From Octopus bimaculoides (Eukaryota): a stretch of DNA of 64,000 bases. The stretch's first letter is position 1. Each line of letters starts with the position of its first letter. The stretch spans positions 49,824,654-49,888,653 of the forward strand of contig NC_068993.1 in NCBI RefSeq assembly GCF_001194135.2. Direction: 5' to 3'. This document shows positions 38,661 through 50,712 of this stretch, piece after piece. Position numbers and translations under genes: made by a program. The notes beneath the pieces are model-generated. The model was not told where the DNA came from, ran no database searches, and worked only from the letters and a program-made list of their open reading frames with translations.

Positions 38661-39552
38661 ACTAATGTGTATTTTTTTACCTTATATTTTAGACTCTATT
38701 TTGCATTTAGTACTCTAATTTTTTGTTTAGAGAGGCCTGATCAGTCATGCAATTGAAGAAGTCCACTATTGGAAATGGCCAGTAGCTGAAACATACTGGC
38801 CATTTTCATAGAAAATGCTGAACAAAAAAAACCTATCATGCATGTGTATGTGTCTGTGTCTGTGTTCTTGTGTATTCGATGTGTTCCGTCCATAACTGAC
38901 TACTTCAGAGTGAAGATCCAGTTCAAACCCAACAAGGGAATTGAGGAAAAGGTATTTCATAACATGCTAATTTAGCAATAACCCCAAAAGTGTTTCCAAG
39001 ACCCATGTCTTATTAAATAACAGTGTATATAAGCAAGCAATAAAGATGATGATAGAACAGAAAGGTGAATCTCCATCTCTTGGTTAATGCCAAAAAAAAA
39101 AAAAAAAAGTGAAAGAAAAAATTTCCTTTTAATAAGAAAAGCCCCACTTTGCCATGCATTTTTTCCCTAACCTTATAACTATTTCATAACTTTATTTAAT
39201 AAAATATCGCCAGAAACATTGAATTTTACGTGCGCCAGGCTATTGTAACATCACTTGGCTAAAACTAAATGTTCGACTGTTTCTTAGTTTAGTTATATAT
39301 ATATAATATTTTCATGCTTCAATGCTTCAGAATCTCCATACCAATAGAACAATAACAAAACTTCTTTTTTCTTCAAAAACATTTACATTATATTACATTA
39401 TAACAGTGCTCCAGCATGGCCATCCAGAATTGTAATGCAATAAAGAATCTAAAGAACCTTCATACGTACACCCCCACCCACACACACACAACAAAACGAA
39501 AACAAACAAAAACAAAAAGCCTACATGTTGTTTACTTTTGAATAGGTTTTGC

Positions 39553-39643
39553 ATACTTGAGTGACTTCCTCTATATACTTGAGTGACTTCCTATATATAC
39601 TTGAGTGGCTACCCATACAACGTGATTGACTTCCCATACAACT
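39553..39643. repeat. 22-bp tandem repeat, about 4 units
   Basis: ATACTTGAGTGACTTCCT(C/A)TAT twice, then ATACTTGAGTGGCTACCCATAC and AACGTGATTGACTTCCCATAC. Confidence 0.85.
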
Positions 39644-40026
39644 TTATCATATTTCTAAATATATCAATTAATTTCATTTTTCTTCACTTTCTTTCTTTCT
39701 TTCTTGCTATTGTGTTTTTTTTTCCATAATTTGTAACTTTTATAGAAAGAATTTTAGATTCAAAGTAAAATATGAAAAAACAAAAAACAAAAAAAGAGCA
39801 AGAAAGTAATAAAAAGCCCCAAAAACAATGATAAAATAATAAAATAATATTAAAACTTTAAATATTTCATTTTAAAAATGATTTAAGGCTGAAATGTTTT
39901 GTATTCATAAAATATTGCCGTTATCATATGTTATGTAAAATATGTGTGGAGGAAGATGCATTACTAGGTGTGTGTATATTTATACACACACACACAATAC
40001 ACACACACACAATACACACACACACA

Positions 40027-40063
<37 letters not shown>

Positions 40064-40734
40064 ATACACACACACACACACACACACATGTATATCTATG
40101 GAAGTCCAGGAATATTGTCTTGCAATAAAGAACACTAAGAATCCCCTAATTATTTATGTATTTGTATACATTTGGGTTAGTGTTATTTTTATTTTACAAT
40201 ATTGTGTGTTATTGTGTGTGTGTGTGTAGATAGCATCATTATTAATGCTTACTTTTACATGTATTTTGTATTATTACAAGGAACAGCGTGTATTATAACA
40301 ATATCTTTGTTGTATGTAATATTCTAATATTTCAGTATTAGTTTGTATGTATGTATGTGAGTGTTTATACTTACATACATACTCATATATTATACATGAC
40401 TGCCAAAAGTTTGAATCTGCATGGACTATGTTCTTCTAATAATATACATACACACTGGGCATGTGTATTGGTATATATACCTGTGTATGTCTGTGTAACT
40501 TGTGTGTACAAATGTGTATGTGTGTGTTAGTGTGTGTATGGGTTTGTGGCTATTGATTTCCTTAGATATATGCATATAACAAGATTCTCAGAAAGCAGTG
40601 GAAAGCAGATTTTCATAAACCTTAGTGTCTCTTACTCCTTTTTATATATTTATTCAATTTCTAGTCTCAAATTGCCATATTTTCATTTAGCCACCATATG
40701 ATCAGCAATTTTACCCACTCTATACAGCTGAAGA

Positions 40735-40905
40735 CTGTCTGGCACTGGAACAGTAGAAGAAAATTTCATTCCCTCAGGGTTTTCCTTGCTAGTTCTTGAA
40801 TAATCTCATTTTGATGGCTTCCCGCCAGAATGCCTGGCAGACTGTCTTGACAGTCAATCAGACATGAAGTTTCTCCCAACACGATGATTGGTCAGGCACT
40901 GGAAA
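40735..40905. promoter_or_regulatory. Candidate regulatory island (E2F, TALE and CCAAT-type motifs)
   Basis: TTCCCGCC 40819, TGACAG 40848 overlapping GTCAATCA 40853, TGATTGG 40885. Confidence 0.3.
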
Positions 40906-41011
40906 AGCACAATAGTAATATGCCATCATGATTGTGGTTAATGATAATGATGTTGATGTTGATGGCATTGGCGGTAATTATGACGATGATGATGATTTCA
41001 ATGACGGTGAC

Positions 41012-41060
<49 letters not shown>

Positions 41061-41154
41061 TGGTCTTGACCACCAGCCAACAAACAACCATCTTTCCCTC
41101 CAGAAGACTGGTTACATATGGATGTAGGCTAAGCAGTCATACATATATGGAGAG

Positions 41155-41197
<43 letters not shown>

Positions 41198-41565
41198 AGG
41201 GGTAGAAATGGGTTGGTTTGCCAACAACATGAAGAGCCAATCAATAAATCCTTTAAAATTGATCACTGAAGTTCATTGCCCCCAACAAATCCTCGACAGT
41301 TAAAATAGAATATTGACTTTGTAATTATTAACTAGCAATAACTCTTGGAAATCATTTGAAGCAAGATTTTGATTTGTGTTTAAACAAATAACCATTGGGA
41401 AAATAGCATTTTTGGTTCTGGCCAGCAACTTGACCAAACACTCATTACTAGTTGAGGAAATATATTGAACTTTAGTGAGTGTCTTGTGAATACTACATTT
41501 CACTTTTATATTAATGTTTAATTACGCATACATACATACATACATACATATATATATATGTATAC

Positions 41566-41597
<32 letters not shown>

Positions 41598-41744
41598 GCA
41601 TTAGGTGGCTACAATGGGATGGGTGAGGAATTATAGTTTGTATAGTACCTTACATACATACAATTGTAAATGCATGTGTGTGTGTAGGTATATATATATA
41701 AAATGATATATACATATCTGTATAAACCATTCCAAATCAGACAG

Positions 41745-41835
41745 GAACTTGATGCAGCTCTCTGACTTACCAGTTCGAGTCAAGTCACCTAACCCATGCC
41801 AGCATGGAAAGCAGATGCTAAATGATGATGATGAT
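41745..41835 (+). mobile_element. Short RTE-type 3' end
   Basis: AACCCATGCCAGCATGGAAAGCAGATGCTAAATGATGATGATGAT. Confidence 0.75.
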
Positions 41836-42089
41836 ATGTGTGTGTGTGTGTGTGTGTATGTATATATATATATGTATATATATATNNNNNNNNNNAAACG
41901 AAAACGGTACAAGCTGAAACGTTGTGTTAACAACAAACAAGATGAGGACAAATATCCGTCAAATATAAATAATATACAGACAGGTGCTGTAATGAATGAC
42001 TGGTAGAGCGGAAATGGCGCAAGACTGATATATGACAAATAACGGAGACAGAAGCTTTATTGTTCACAATGATCATTTCAACCATCCTG

Positions 42090-42131
42090 CATCCCTCATG
42101 CAACCCATCCCTCATGCAACCCATCCCTCAT
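42090..42131. repeat. 16-bp tandem repeat CATCCCTCATGCAACC x2.6
   Basis: Units at 42090, 42106 and 42122. Confidence 0.9.
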
Positions 42132-43296
42132 AGGTGGGATACTGTACAACAGGTTGTGGTGCATCCCTTGGTGCAGAAGCATTTTGTCAGGATTTTAGAA
42201 GGGGTATCTCATTAAATAAACCCTATTTCACTCAGTTTTAATACAGCATGATATTAGTGACAGTAGGTTTAAGCCCTTGGGCAGGAAACATTAAACATTA
42301 AACTATTGTTTGCAAAAGATTTTCATTTGTTCTGCATTTTCATACTTTCTGTTTTAAATGCAGACTGTCTATGGGCCATTTCTGCATTAATGGAAAATAG
42401 AGTGGAACAATTACGTTTATTGTGGCCCAGGGCACATATTTCTCATGGCTGGTCATTGTTTCATCATAAAACAAACATCAGCCATCCAACCAACCAGCGA
42501 TGCATTGTCTTTTATTCACTCCCCAGCTGAAATGAATAGACAGACAGAAGAGAATTGCCTATTGGTCATTGAGATCCTTGCTAGCATAGATACTTTTTTT
42601 TTTAAGGTCTTAGTTAGAATTCTACCTAAAAACACTAGTTACTGACTCGGTAAGAAGTCTTATAGGGTAGTTTATCTTGTACGTCAATTGCCTCTTTGCT
42701 GAGAAGATTTGTACAGAAATACCCAATCTCAGGTTATTGACTTTATAAATCTAATGGACATCCTATCAAGTAGTACTTCAACCACAACACACTTAGATTG
42801 GATTGTTCGTTTTCTTGATCTGTGTAGCCACAAAATCTGTAGATTCATTGCTTTTCATAGTGTTTGCTTGAAAACAAAACAACAAATGCATGTTTTATCA
42901 TACTTCTTTGGATATCCTTTCTGTCGAAAATGAAAATGTGAATTTTCACCTTATCCTGTTCTCCTACCTACCTATCATTTTATGTATGTTTATTTATCGA
43001 TGTTGTTGTTAATAATTGAACAGGTTCATGATCAAAGGTTCCAACTATAGCCATTTCATTTTATTTATTTATTATTTATTTATTTATTTGATTTTTGCCG
43101 AAAACTCTCCAGGACTTTACTGTTCAAGGTGTTCTTTTTTTTTTATATTTTAAAGGTGAGGGATTTGTCAGCTGTTTTTAACAAGTGAATGTTAATGCAG
43201 TGGTTCCCTTGTTGGCAAATATTTATCAATGTGTATATGCGTGTATCATCATCACTCACTGTATGTATGTGTATACAAACAAATATCTGTGGCGAG

Positions 43297-43440
43297 GTCC
43301 AGGCATGGCTGTGTGGTAAGAAGTTTGCTTCCAAGTTCAGTCCAATCATGTGGCTCCTTGGACATGTGTCTTCTACTGTAGCTCCCGGTCAACAAAAACC
43401 TTGTGAGTGGATTTGGTAGGTGGAAATTAGAAGACTTACA
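43297..43440 (+). mobile_element. SINE family A, 5' half
   Basis: CATGGCTGTGTGGTAAGAAGTTTGCTTCC...CCTTGTGAGTGGATTTGGTAG. Confidence 0.8.
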
Positions 43441-44904
43441 TGTGTGTGTGTGTGTGTGTGTCTGGAACATAGAAAGAAAAATGTTAAAATTACAAAATGC
43501 ACGTAATTCTAAAAAATATTCTTCAGTTTATTAAAATATTCATTTAATAATTATCATGTTGAGGTTTAACATCCATTTTGGAACAACATGCTCCGTTTCC
43601 ACTCCCAGAACAAACATTTGTATACATTGTTGTAAAGTGTTATAGTTAATGATTGCTCTAGCCAACTAAAATCATAGTTTCTGATACAGTTTATGGCAAA
43701 GTTAGTAGTGATGATGCTGGGGAGAGGATCTCTCTAGGAGCACAACTAGTGGATAAATGTTGACATGAACAACTTTTATAATATGGCAGGGAAGGAGTGT
43801 TTATGGACCAGCCCCTATGAATGACCTGTTATATCCTATTAAAAGCAGAAGACTGTACCCCTTAAGTTTGACCTGCTTTCTTGGAAAACCTTCTCCCCAC
43901 CCATCATCTCTTTTGTCTTGCTTAAATTCTTTGTTTCATTTTCGTGCCAATCTCAGTGTAAAGCACTTTCCTTCCTTTACACCCAATCAAATATGTTATC
44001 TTATCTGACTGTTGATTATCCAAGAAATTGTCGGTCTTGGCAGAAATGTAAACAGCGTATTCATGTTGCTAATGTGCCAGTCTGAGTGCACAAGGTGGCG
44101 GGAAGACATATATGGACAATAACATATTCATGCAATAGCATGTACACAAATATCTGGACAAATGTATGCAAACACAGACATATGTGGTTACATGCATTAT
44201 TGAATGCGAGTGCACACAAAAAACAAAACAAAAAAACAAAACAAAAATGACAGGCAAGAGTAGATTGGTGCATACAAAACCATAAACAACATGAGCATAC
44301 ATATCTTCATACATTCATATACACACTTTTAAATATGTATAGATACATGCAAGTGTGTGAATCCATGTACTTAGAATACTTGCTTACTAACAAATTGGCA
44401 TACATACTTACTTAACTACATAGAGATGTGCATACAAAACCATGAACACACATGATTATACATATGTGCCTACATTCATTAACATACAGTCAAATATATA
44501 CATAGATTCTTACGTACATAGATGTAAATTCATACATATACATACTCATACTTGCAAGTAGGCATGTGTGTGTTGCTTGCTTTAATGCCTACAGATGTGC
44601 AATCAAATTTTTAAATGACCATTAACAAACACTTCAATCTACATAAATGCATACATGTATAAGCTCACATTCTTGTAAACATTAAATATAACATATTCTA
44701 CTACTTGTGTATGTGAAGTTTTATTTTGCTGAATGCACACAAACACACAAGAGTATAGATATATACATATATATCAATTGGTGGGATTCTCTGTGATTGT
44801 AGTTATCAACTCAGTAACACTCCAGTGTGTATCTGATTAGCAAGGCAGTAACAATGAGCATTCTCAGTAAGTTATCCAGTCACTGGGGTAATCAGTGCAA
44901 TATT

Positions 44905-44951
<47 letters not shown>

Positions 44952-45584
44952 NNNNNNNNNNNNNNNNNNNNNNNNNNNNNNNNNNNNNNNNNNNNNNNNN
45001 NNNNNNNNNNNNNNNNNNNNNNNNNNNNNNNNNNNNNNNNNNNNNNNNNNNNNNNNNNNNNNNNNNNNNNNNNNNNNNNNNNNNNNNNNNNNNNNNNNNN
45101 NNNNNNNNNNNNNNNNNNNNNNNNNNNNNNNNNNNNNNNNNNNNNNNNNNNNNNNNNNNNNNNNNNNNNNNNNNNNNNNNNNNNNNNNNNNNNNNNNNNN
45201 NNNNNNNNNNNNNNNNNNNNNNNNNNNNNNNNNNNNNNNNNNNNNNNNNNNNNNNNNNNNNNNNNNNNNNNNNNNNNNNACACACACACACACACATACA
45301 CACAAATAATGATCCAGTGTTGTTCATAAGCTACAAAAGAAATAATCAGTACATAAGACACATGAATAATTCTATGTAGCAATCATATGAACTGCATTAT
45401 CACGTAACTATCAGTTTCATGCAAAGAAAGTCTGGCAAGCATTAGATGTCTCTCTTTAAATCGGGAACAGGGTTTTCCAGATTTGAACACACTTATCCAA
45501 TAATTATCCAAGGACTTTCCTTATGTAAAGCTTACAGTTCTGTTTAAGCTCATATGATTTTATTTTGTGTGTGTGTGTGTGTGT

Positions 45585-46400
45585 GTAGTATCAAAACGTT
45601 CCTGGACTAGTTACGTTCCATAAAAAAAAACTTATATACCTAAGTTTTAACATCATCTCCTTTGAAATAGTTACCTTGTGCAGCAATACACCAGTCCCAG
45701 CATTCCTACCTCTTTTGGAATCTGGCCTGGAAGTCATTTTCCATAAGTGAGTTGAGGACTATCTGCAATTCGCTCTTGATCTTGACAGTGGTGTTAAAAC
45801 AGCAACCTTTGAATTGCATTTTCATCTTGGAGAAGAGATGGAATTCCACTGGTGCTAAATCTGGTGAATACAGGTGGGTGCAGAAGCAATACCACATTGT
45901 TTTTGGTGAGAAACTCACGAATGAAGAGAGCTTGGTAACAAGGTACATTGTTGTAATGAAAAATCCAACCCTTCGCGCTCCACAGATCCAGTTGCTTTTG
46001 ACGAATGTCCTACCTGAAACACGTCAAAGTATTACTGACTATCCTCCAATAATCTGCCTGCACAAGCTGATGAATTTTCTCCACATTTCTTGGGGTGACA
46101 CACATGGCAGGTCTTCCAGATTGCCCAATGTTTTCCTGAGATATTCTTCCACTTTTGAAGTGCCTGGGCCATTCAAAACATTGTGTACAACCCATTGCCT
46201 CATCGCTGTAAGCTTGCCAAAGCATGCTCAATGTCTTTGTAGTAGAATTACCAAGTTTAACACAAAATTTCACATTGGCTCTTTGTTCCAGCTTCCTGTC
46301 CAAGACAAAAATTGCAAACTACAGCATACACGTGATCACAAAAACACAAATTTCACAACTTGCAAGGCAAACACAACAGTGTCACTCATCACACAGCCTC
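45585..46400 (-). mobile_element. Decayed mariner DNA transposon with internal deletion; transposase remnant 46303-45640
   Basis: N-terminus EQRANVKFCVKLGNSTTKTLSMLWQAYSDEAMGCTQCFEW..FKSGR; C-terminus YSPDLAPVEFHLFSKMK...WDWCIAAQGNYFKGD; TIR-like GTATCAAAACGTTCCTGGACT at the left end. The right TIR is not confidently seen. Confidence 0.92.
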
Positions 46401-47767
46401 AATAGCTCTCACTGCACATGCAACCATGTGCTACCATCTGTTAATAGAGAGATGTACAAATGAGAGACTACGTGTTGTAGAGTTTATTTGTTTAGAATCA
46501 ATGATTCACTCCCTCACTACTTTGATTTTGTCCTTTGTGTGTATTTATTCTTTGGGGAATGAATGAATGCCCATGAATGAGAAATTCAGAGCAATAGAAA
46601 AGATTTTCTTTTTTGTAGAAATATGTGTTTGTGTACACATATATACATACAGAGTATATATTTCAAAACTTACAAAGACTTCAAAGTTTTGCTAAATCTG
46701 GCTTTTCAGGCTGTACTGGGAAATTAGAAATTAGTTATGTAAAATTTATGTATAAGATATGGAGAGTGAACTATTACCTACACTGGGTATTGTTGAGTAA
46801 TTTGGAAATGGGTTAAAAAACACTTAGAAGTGGATATTAGTAGAAAATAGTTGCATCCTGTATGTGCTAAGAGAGGGGAACAAATAAGGGAAAACCGAAT
46901 ATGGAATCACAATCAACTCTCTATGTATGTGCACATACATGTGTGTATGCATGCCTGTGTGTATGCATATGTGTTTTGTGTGCAATTATATGGTATATTC
47001 TCATGACTGAAGAACATAAAATCAGTCCTCAAAATTTGAAATTTTGGAAAAGGTTGTGTTCATTTGTGACAGACATGATTGTGTAAAGCAAAAGATAAGG
47101 TGTATTACAAAGTTAATGCCAAATGATATTAGCTCAGTATCTGCAAAGAATTTTTACTTTACAATGAAGGAAGTTTGAGTTGTACATATAAGCTTAGAAA
47201 TTAAAAAAAGAAATTAATAAATTGAAAATTTAAAAGAAATCAATACACAGGAAAGCACCAGCTATTTTATGAAAAAGATTTTTAGTATTCCCTATGATAA
47301 AAATGTATAATTTAAATTTGTATCCTTATTAAAAGAAGTTCTACTTCAGATACTGTAAAAATCTCTTAAACATATATTTAGTAATTAAAAATTTAGGCCA
47401 GAGGAAATAAAGTAATTAGGATAATATATAACTTTTTCCTTTAAATTAAATGAAAATTAAAACCAAGCAACAAATAAAAAAAAGGGATAATAAATATATT
47501 GTAAATGTACGGATTTATGTAATTAAACCTATTAGAGATACTAAAATGACGTTTATGTTATATATTTTAATTAAAAAGTTAGGAGCATGAGAAATTACCT
47601 AATTAATCAAATTAGAGACACTTAAAGAAAATGAATGTTTAAAAGTTAGTTATCTTAGGAAAAATAATAACAATGCAAAGAAGTAAATAATTTTATATAA
47701 ATTATAATAGTTAAAATAAATAAACTAACTCTCTCTCTCTAATATTTATATGTGTGCATATATATGA

Positions 47768-48120
47768 GTGTGGAAGCGCAATGGCCACAGGATCGCGGTT
47801 TCGATTCCCAGATTGGGCATTGTGAGTGTTTATTGAGCGTAAACACCTAAAATTCCATGAGGCTCTGGCAAGGGATGGTGGCGAACCCTGCTGTACTCTC
47901 TCACCACAACTTTCTCTTACTTCCTGTTTCTGTTGTGCCTGTAATTCAAAGGGTCAGCCTTGTCACACTGTGTCACGCTGAATATCCCCTGAGAACTACG
48001 TTAATGGTATACGTGTCTGTGGAGTGCTCAGCCACTTGCACATTAATTTCATGAGCAGGTTGTTCTGTTGATCGGATCAACTGGAACCCTCGATGTCGTA
48101 AGCGATGGAGTGCCAACAAT
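47768..48120 (+). mobile_element. SINE, head type C (internal A-box deletion) plus tail Y
   Basis: Head matches the reverse complement of 14455-14650 up to CTTCCTGTTTCT, then GTGCCTGTAATTCAAAGGG...GGAGTGCTCAGCCACTTGCAC, shared with 55960-56146. Confidence 0.85.
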
Positions 48121-48859
48121 GACAATATATATGAGTGAGTGGACAAATGAAAGAAAAAGCCATTCAATACATTTAGTAGGAGTTACATATGCTATTATTT
48201 AAAATATTTTGGTTTAGCTCCATGGAACTTAAAGTTTTGAAGGTTTAGGAACCTAGCTTGTTCAGGCTCAAAGTACCAAATGGAGAAGTACAGGAAGCCT
48301 GAGACAGCTACTGGAAAATGGGCTGCTATTGGTTAAGGCAGGTCACATGGTGTTGTTAGAAGTGAGTTCGGCATTTTAGTGACCCCCCCCCCCAGATGCA
48401 TTAGAAAGGAACATTTCTTGGCCTGCATGGGTGGACAGTAAGCTGGTGGCACCTTGATCTCAGGCAGACCATTGAAGGGATTTGGAAGCCAACAGGAGTT
48501 AGCAAGAAAGAGAGAATGTAAGTGTGCGTGTGTGTATAACAGATGTGTAAAAGTTTGATAGTTGTCATAGAGACTTTAGTCTCTCTTTATCACCTTTCAA
48601 CAGCAATGTTAATGAAGAGACATTAGAACAATTAACAACATAATAAAAAGGTTTATTTATGATGATGCTTGGTTTCACAATTCCTGTCATTCAGCTTAGC
48701 AGGCGCTGATTAAGTTGTAGTTGGTATTGGAAGTTTAAGGGCTTCCTTGATGCCTGCCAGAGAACAGTGTAAAAGTGCTTCGTGGAGGAGCAAGGTGTTG
48801 TTACATAGAAGGTCTCTGCTCAACTAACCCAGAAATTTAAACTAACTGCTTAAGTACGA

Positions 48860-48960
48860 GTTTCACTACGCATGCGCAACTCGAGGGGCTTCCGGTGGTG
48901 AAGTCCCCTGCGCATGCGCAGAATAGTACTTCCTCAATGGCGGCTATAATTTCGCGCCAC
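48860..48960. promoter_or_regulatory. Housekeeping-type TATA-less promoter (NRF1 x2, ETS, YY1-like, E2F)
   Basis: ACGCATGCGCA 48868, CTTCCGG 48889, TGCGCATGCGCA 48909, CAATGGCGGC 48935, TTTCGCGCC 48950; a dense local CpG cluster in a CpG-poor window. Confidence 0.8.
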
Positions 48961-48967
48961 TACAGAT
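48937..48967 (+). CDS. Candidate first coding exon MAAIISRHYR(+1 nt), product unknown
   Basis: The ATG lies inside the YY1-like ATGGCGGC and is followed after 31 nt by the donor-like GTATGA at 48968. Confidence 0.4.
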
Positions 48968-49295
48968 GTATGAGTGCATGGATGTAGGTGTGTTATTAGG
49001 TGTATGAGTGTTTGTGTGTGTAAGTATGTACATTCTTGTATTTGTGTATAAATGTGTGAGTGCATGCGTGTTTGTCGGTCTCCATTCGGTAATCTGTGCC
49101 TGAATGAGCTAGGTTTCTGCAAGAAGCCTGGAACAAAATTCAAACTGTTTTGAATAATAGTCCCTGTTTGTGTGTGTGTGCGTGTTTCTGCTTGTGTGTG
49201 TGTGTGTGTATTTGTGTTTGTTTGTTTGTTTGTGTGTGTGTGTGTGTGTGTATTTATATATCATTATTTTTTTTCTAAGTAATATTATTACTATT

Positions 49296-49415
49296 TTAGA
49301 AAGTTAAAGAAGTGATTTTAAATTCTCAGCGTGAGGGGTAGTTTATCCTGTTCAGGCTATATTATTAGCATTATTCTGCGATTGAGAATTTAAAATTACT
49401 TCTTTAACCTTCTAA
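49296..49415. repeat. Inverted repeat, 33-bp arms (31/33), 54-nt spacer
   Basis: 49296-49328 versus 49383-49415; mismatches A49302:C49409 and G49314:T49397. Confidence 0.9.
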
Positions 49416-50092
49416 TAAAGACATCTCAACGTTTCTAAAAGCAAACTTCGTTTGTTTGTTTACGTTTGTCGTAATTTGAATTTATTATTACTGTTATTNN
49501 NNNNNNNNNNNNNNNNNNNNNNNNNNNNNNNNNNNNNNNNNNNNNNNNNNNNNNNNNNNNNNNNNNNNNNNNNNNNNNNNNNNNNNNNNNNNNNNNNNNN
49601 NNNNNNNNNNNNNNNNNNNNNNNNNNNNNNNNNNNNNNNNNNNNNNNNNNNNNNNNNNNNNNNNNNNNNNNNNNNNNNNNNNNNNNNNNNNNNNNNNNNN
49701 NNNNNNNNNNNNNNNNNNNNNNNNNNNNNNNNNNNNNNNNNNNNNNNNNNNNNNNNNNNNNNNNNNNNNNNNNNNNNNNNNNNNNNNNNNNNNNNNNNNN
49801 NNNNNNNNNNNNNNNNNNNNNNNNNNNNNNNNNNNNNNNNNNNNNNNNNNNNNNNNNNNNNNNNNNNNNNNNNNNNNNNNNNNNNNNNNNNNNNNNNNNN
49901 NNNNNNNNNNNNNNNNNNNNNNNNNNNNNNNNNNNNNNNNNNNNNNNNNNNNNNNNNNNNNNNNNNNNNNNNNNNNNNNNNNNNNNNNNNNNNNNNNNNN
50001 NNNNNNNNNNNNNNNNNNNNNNNNNNNNNNNNNNNNNNNNNNNNNNNNNNNNNNNNNNNNNNNNNNNNNNNNNNNNNNNNNNNNNNNNNNNN

Positions 50093-50131
<39 letters not shown>

Positions 50132-50629
50132 AATGTATGTATGTATGTATGTATACGTGATATTGAAAAGCCATAGGGACCCCTACCCTTGTAATAAATT
50201 GGGATAAGTTTTTAGGCATTTTTATTTTTATTTTTACAATGGAGGAGGAGGATGATCGAGTGAAAGAGTCATGTGACCTGACAGCACAAATGTTATGCAG
50301 AAAAATTACACTTCCAGTAAATCCCTTTACTCTGTTTAGTTTGTAAGGGTTAAAGTAGAAGCGTTGGCCTACTATTGATTTAACAAGCATGTAATTTGAA
50401 GAATTTGAATGATTGAACTGTTGGATATAGGAAGTTCACCAGACCATGAAGTATACACATGCTTAAACAAGTGTCACAAATATCCAAATTTGCATACCCG
50501 TCTAACCCATGTTAGCAGGAAGAGAAACAAACAAAAATGAGAGGAAAAAAGATTATATTCAATTTTTTTTTTCTTTTAATCAAACACCAACAATAACCAC
50601 CACCTCAGCCCACACACACACTCCCACCA

Positions 50630-50712
50630 ATGAAGACGTTTGTATGTGGTTGCTTGATCTGCTAAAAATAGCAGCTGAATTTTCTATCAAATCACTCTGT
50701 ACTGTCTTAATA
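50630..50712 (+). repeat. Family D fragment
   Basis: GTGGTTGCTTGATCTGCTAAAAATAGCAGCTGAATTTTCTATCAAATCAC. Confidence 0.6.

Noticed and set aside
40741-40760. miR-263/183-like GGCACTGGAA
   Set aside because: Only a 10-nt match and no pre-miRNA hairpin.
45752-46405. 217-aa plus-strand ORF
   Set aside because: Antisense shadow of the mariner transposase remnant.
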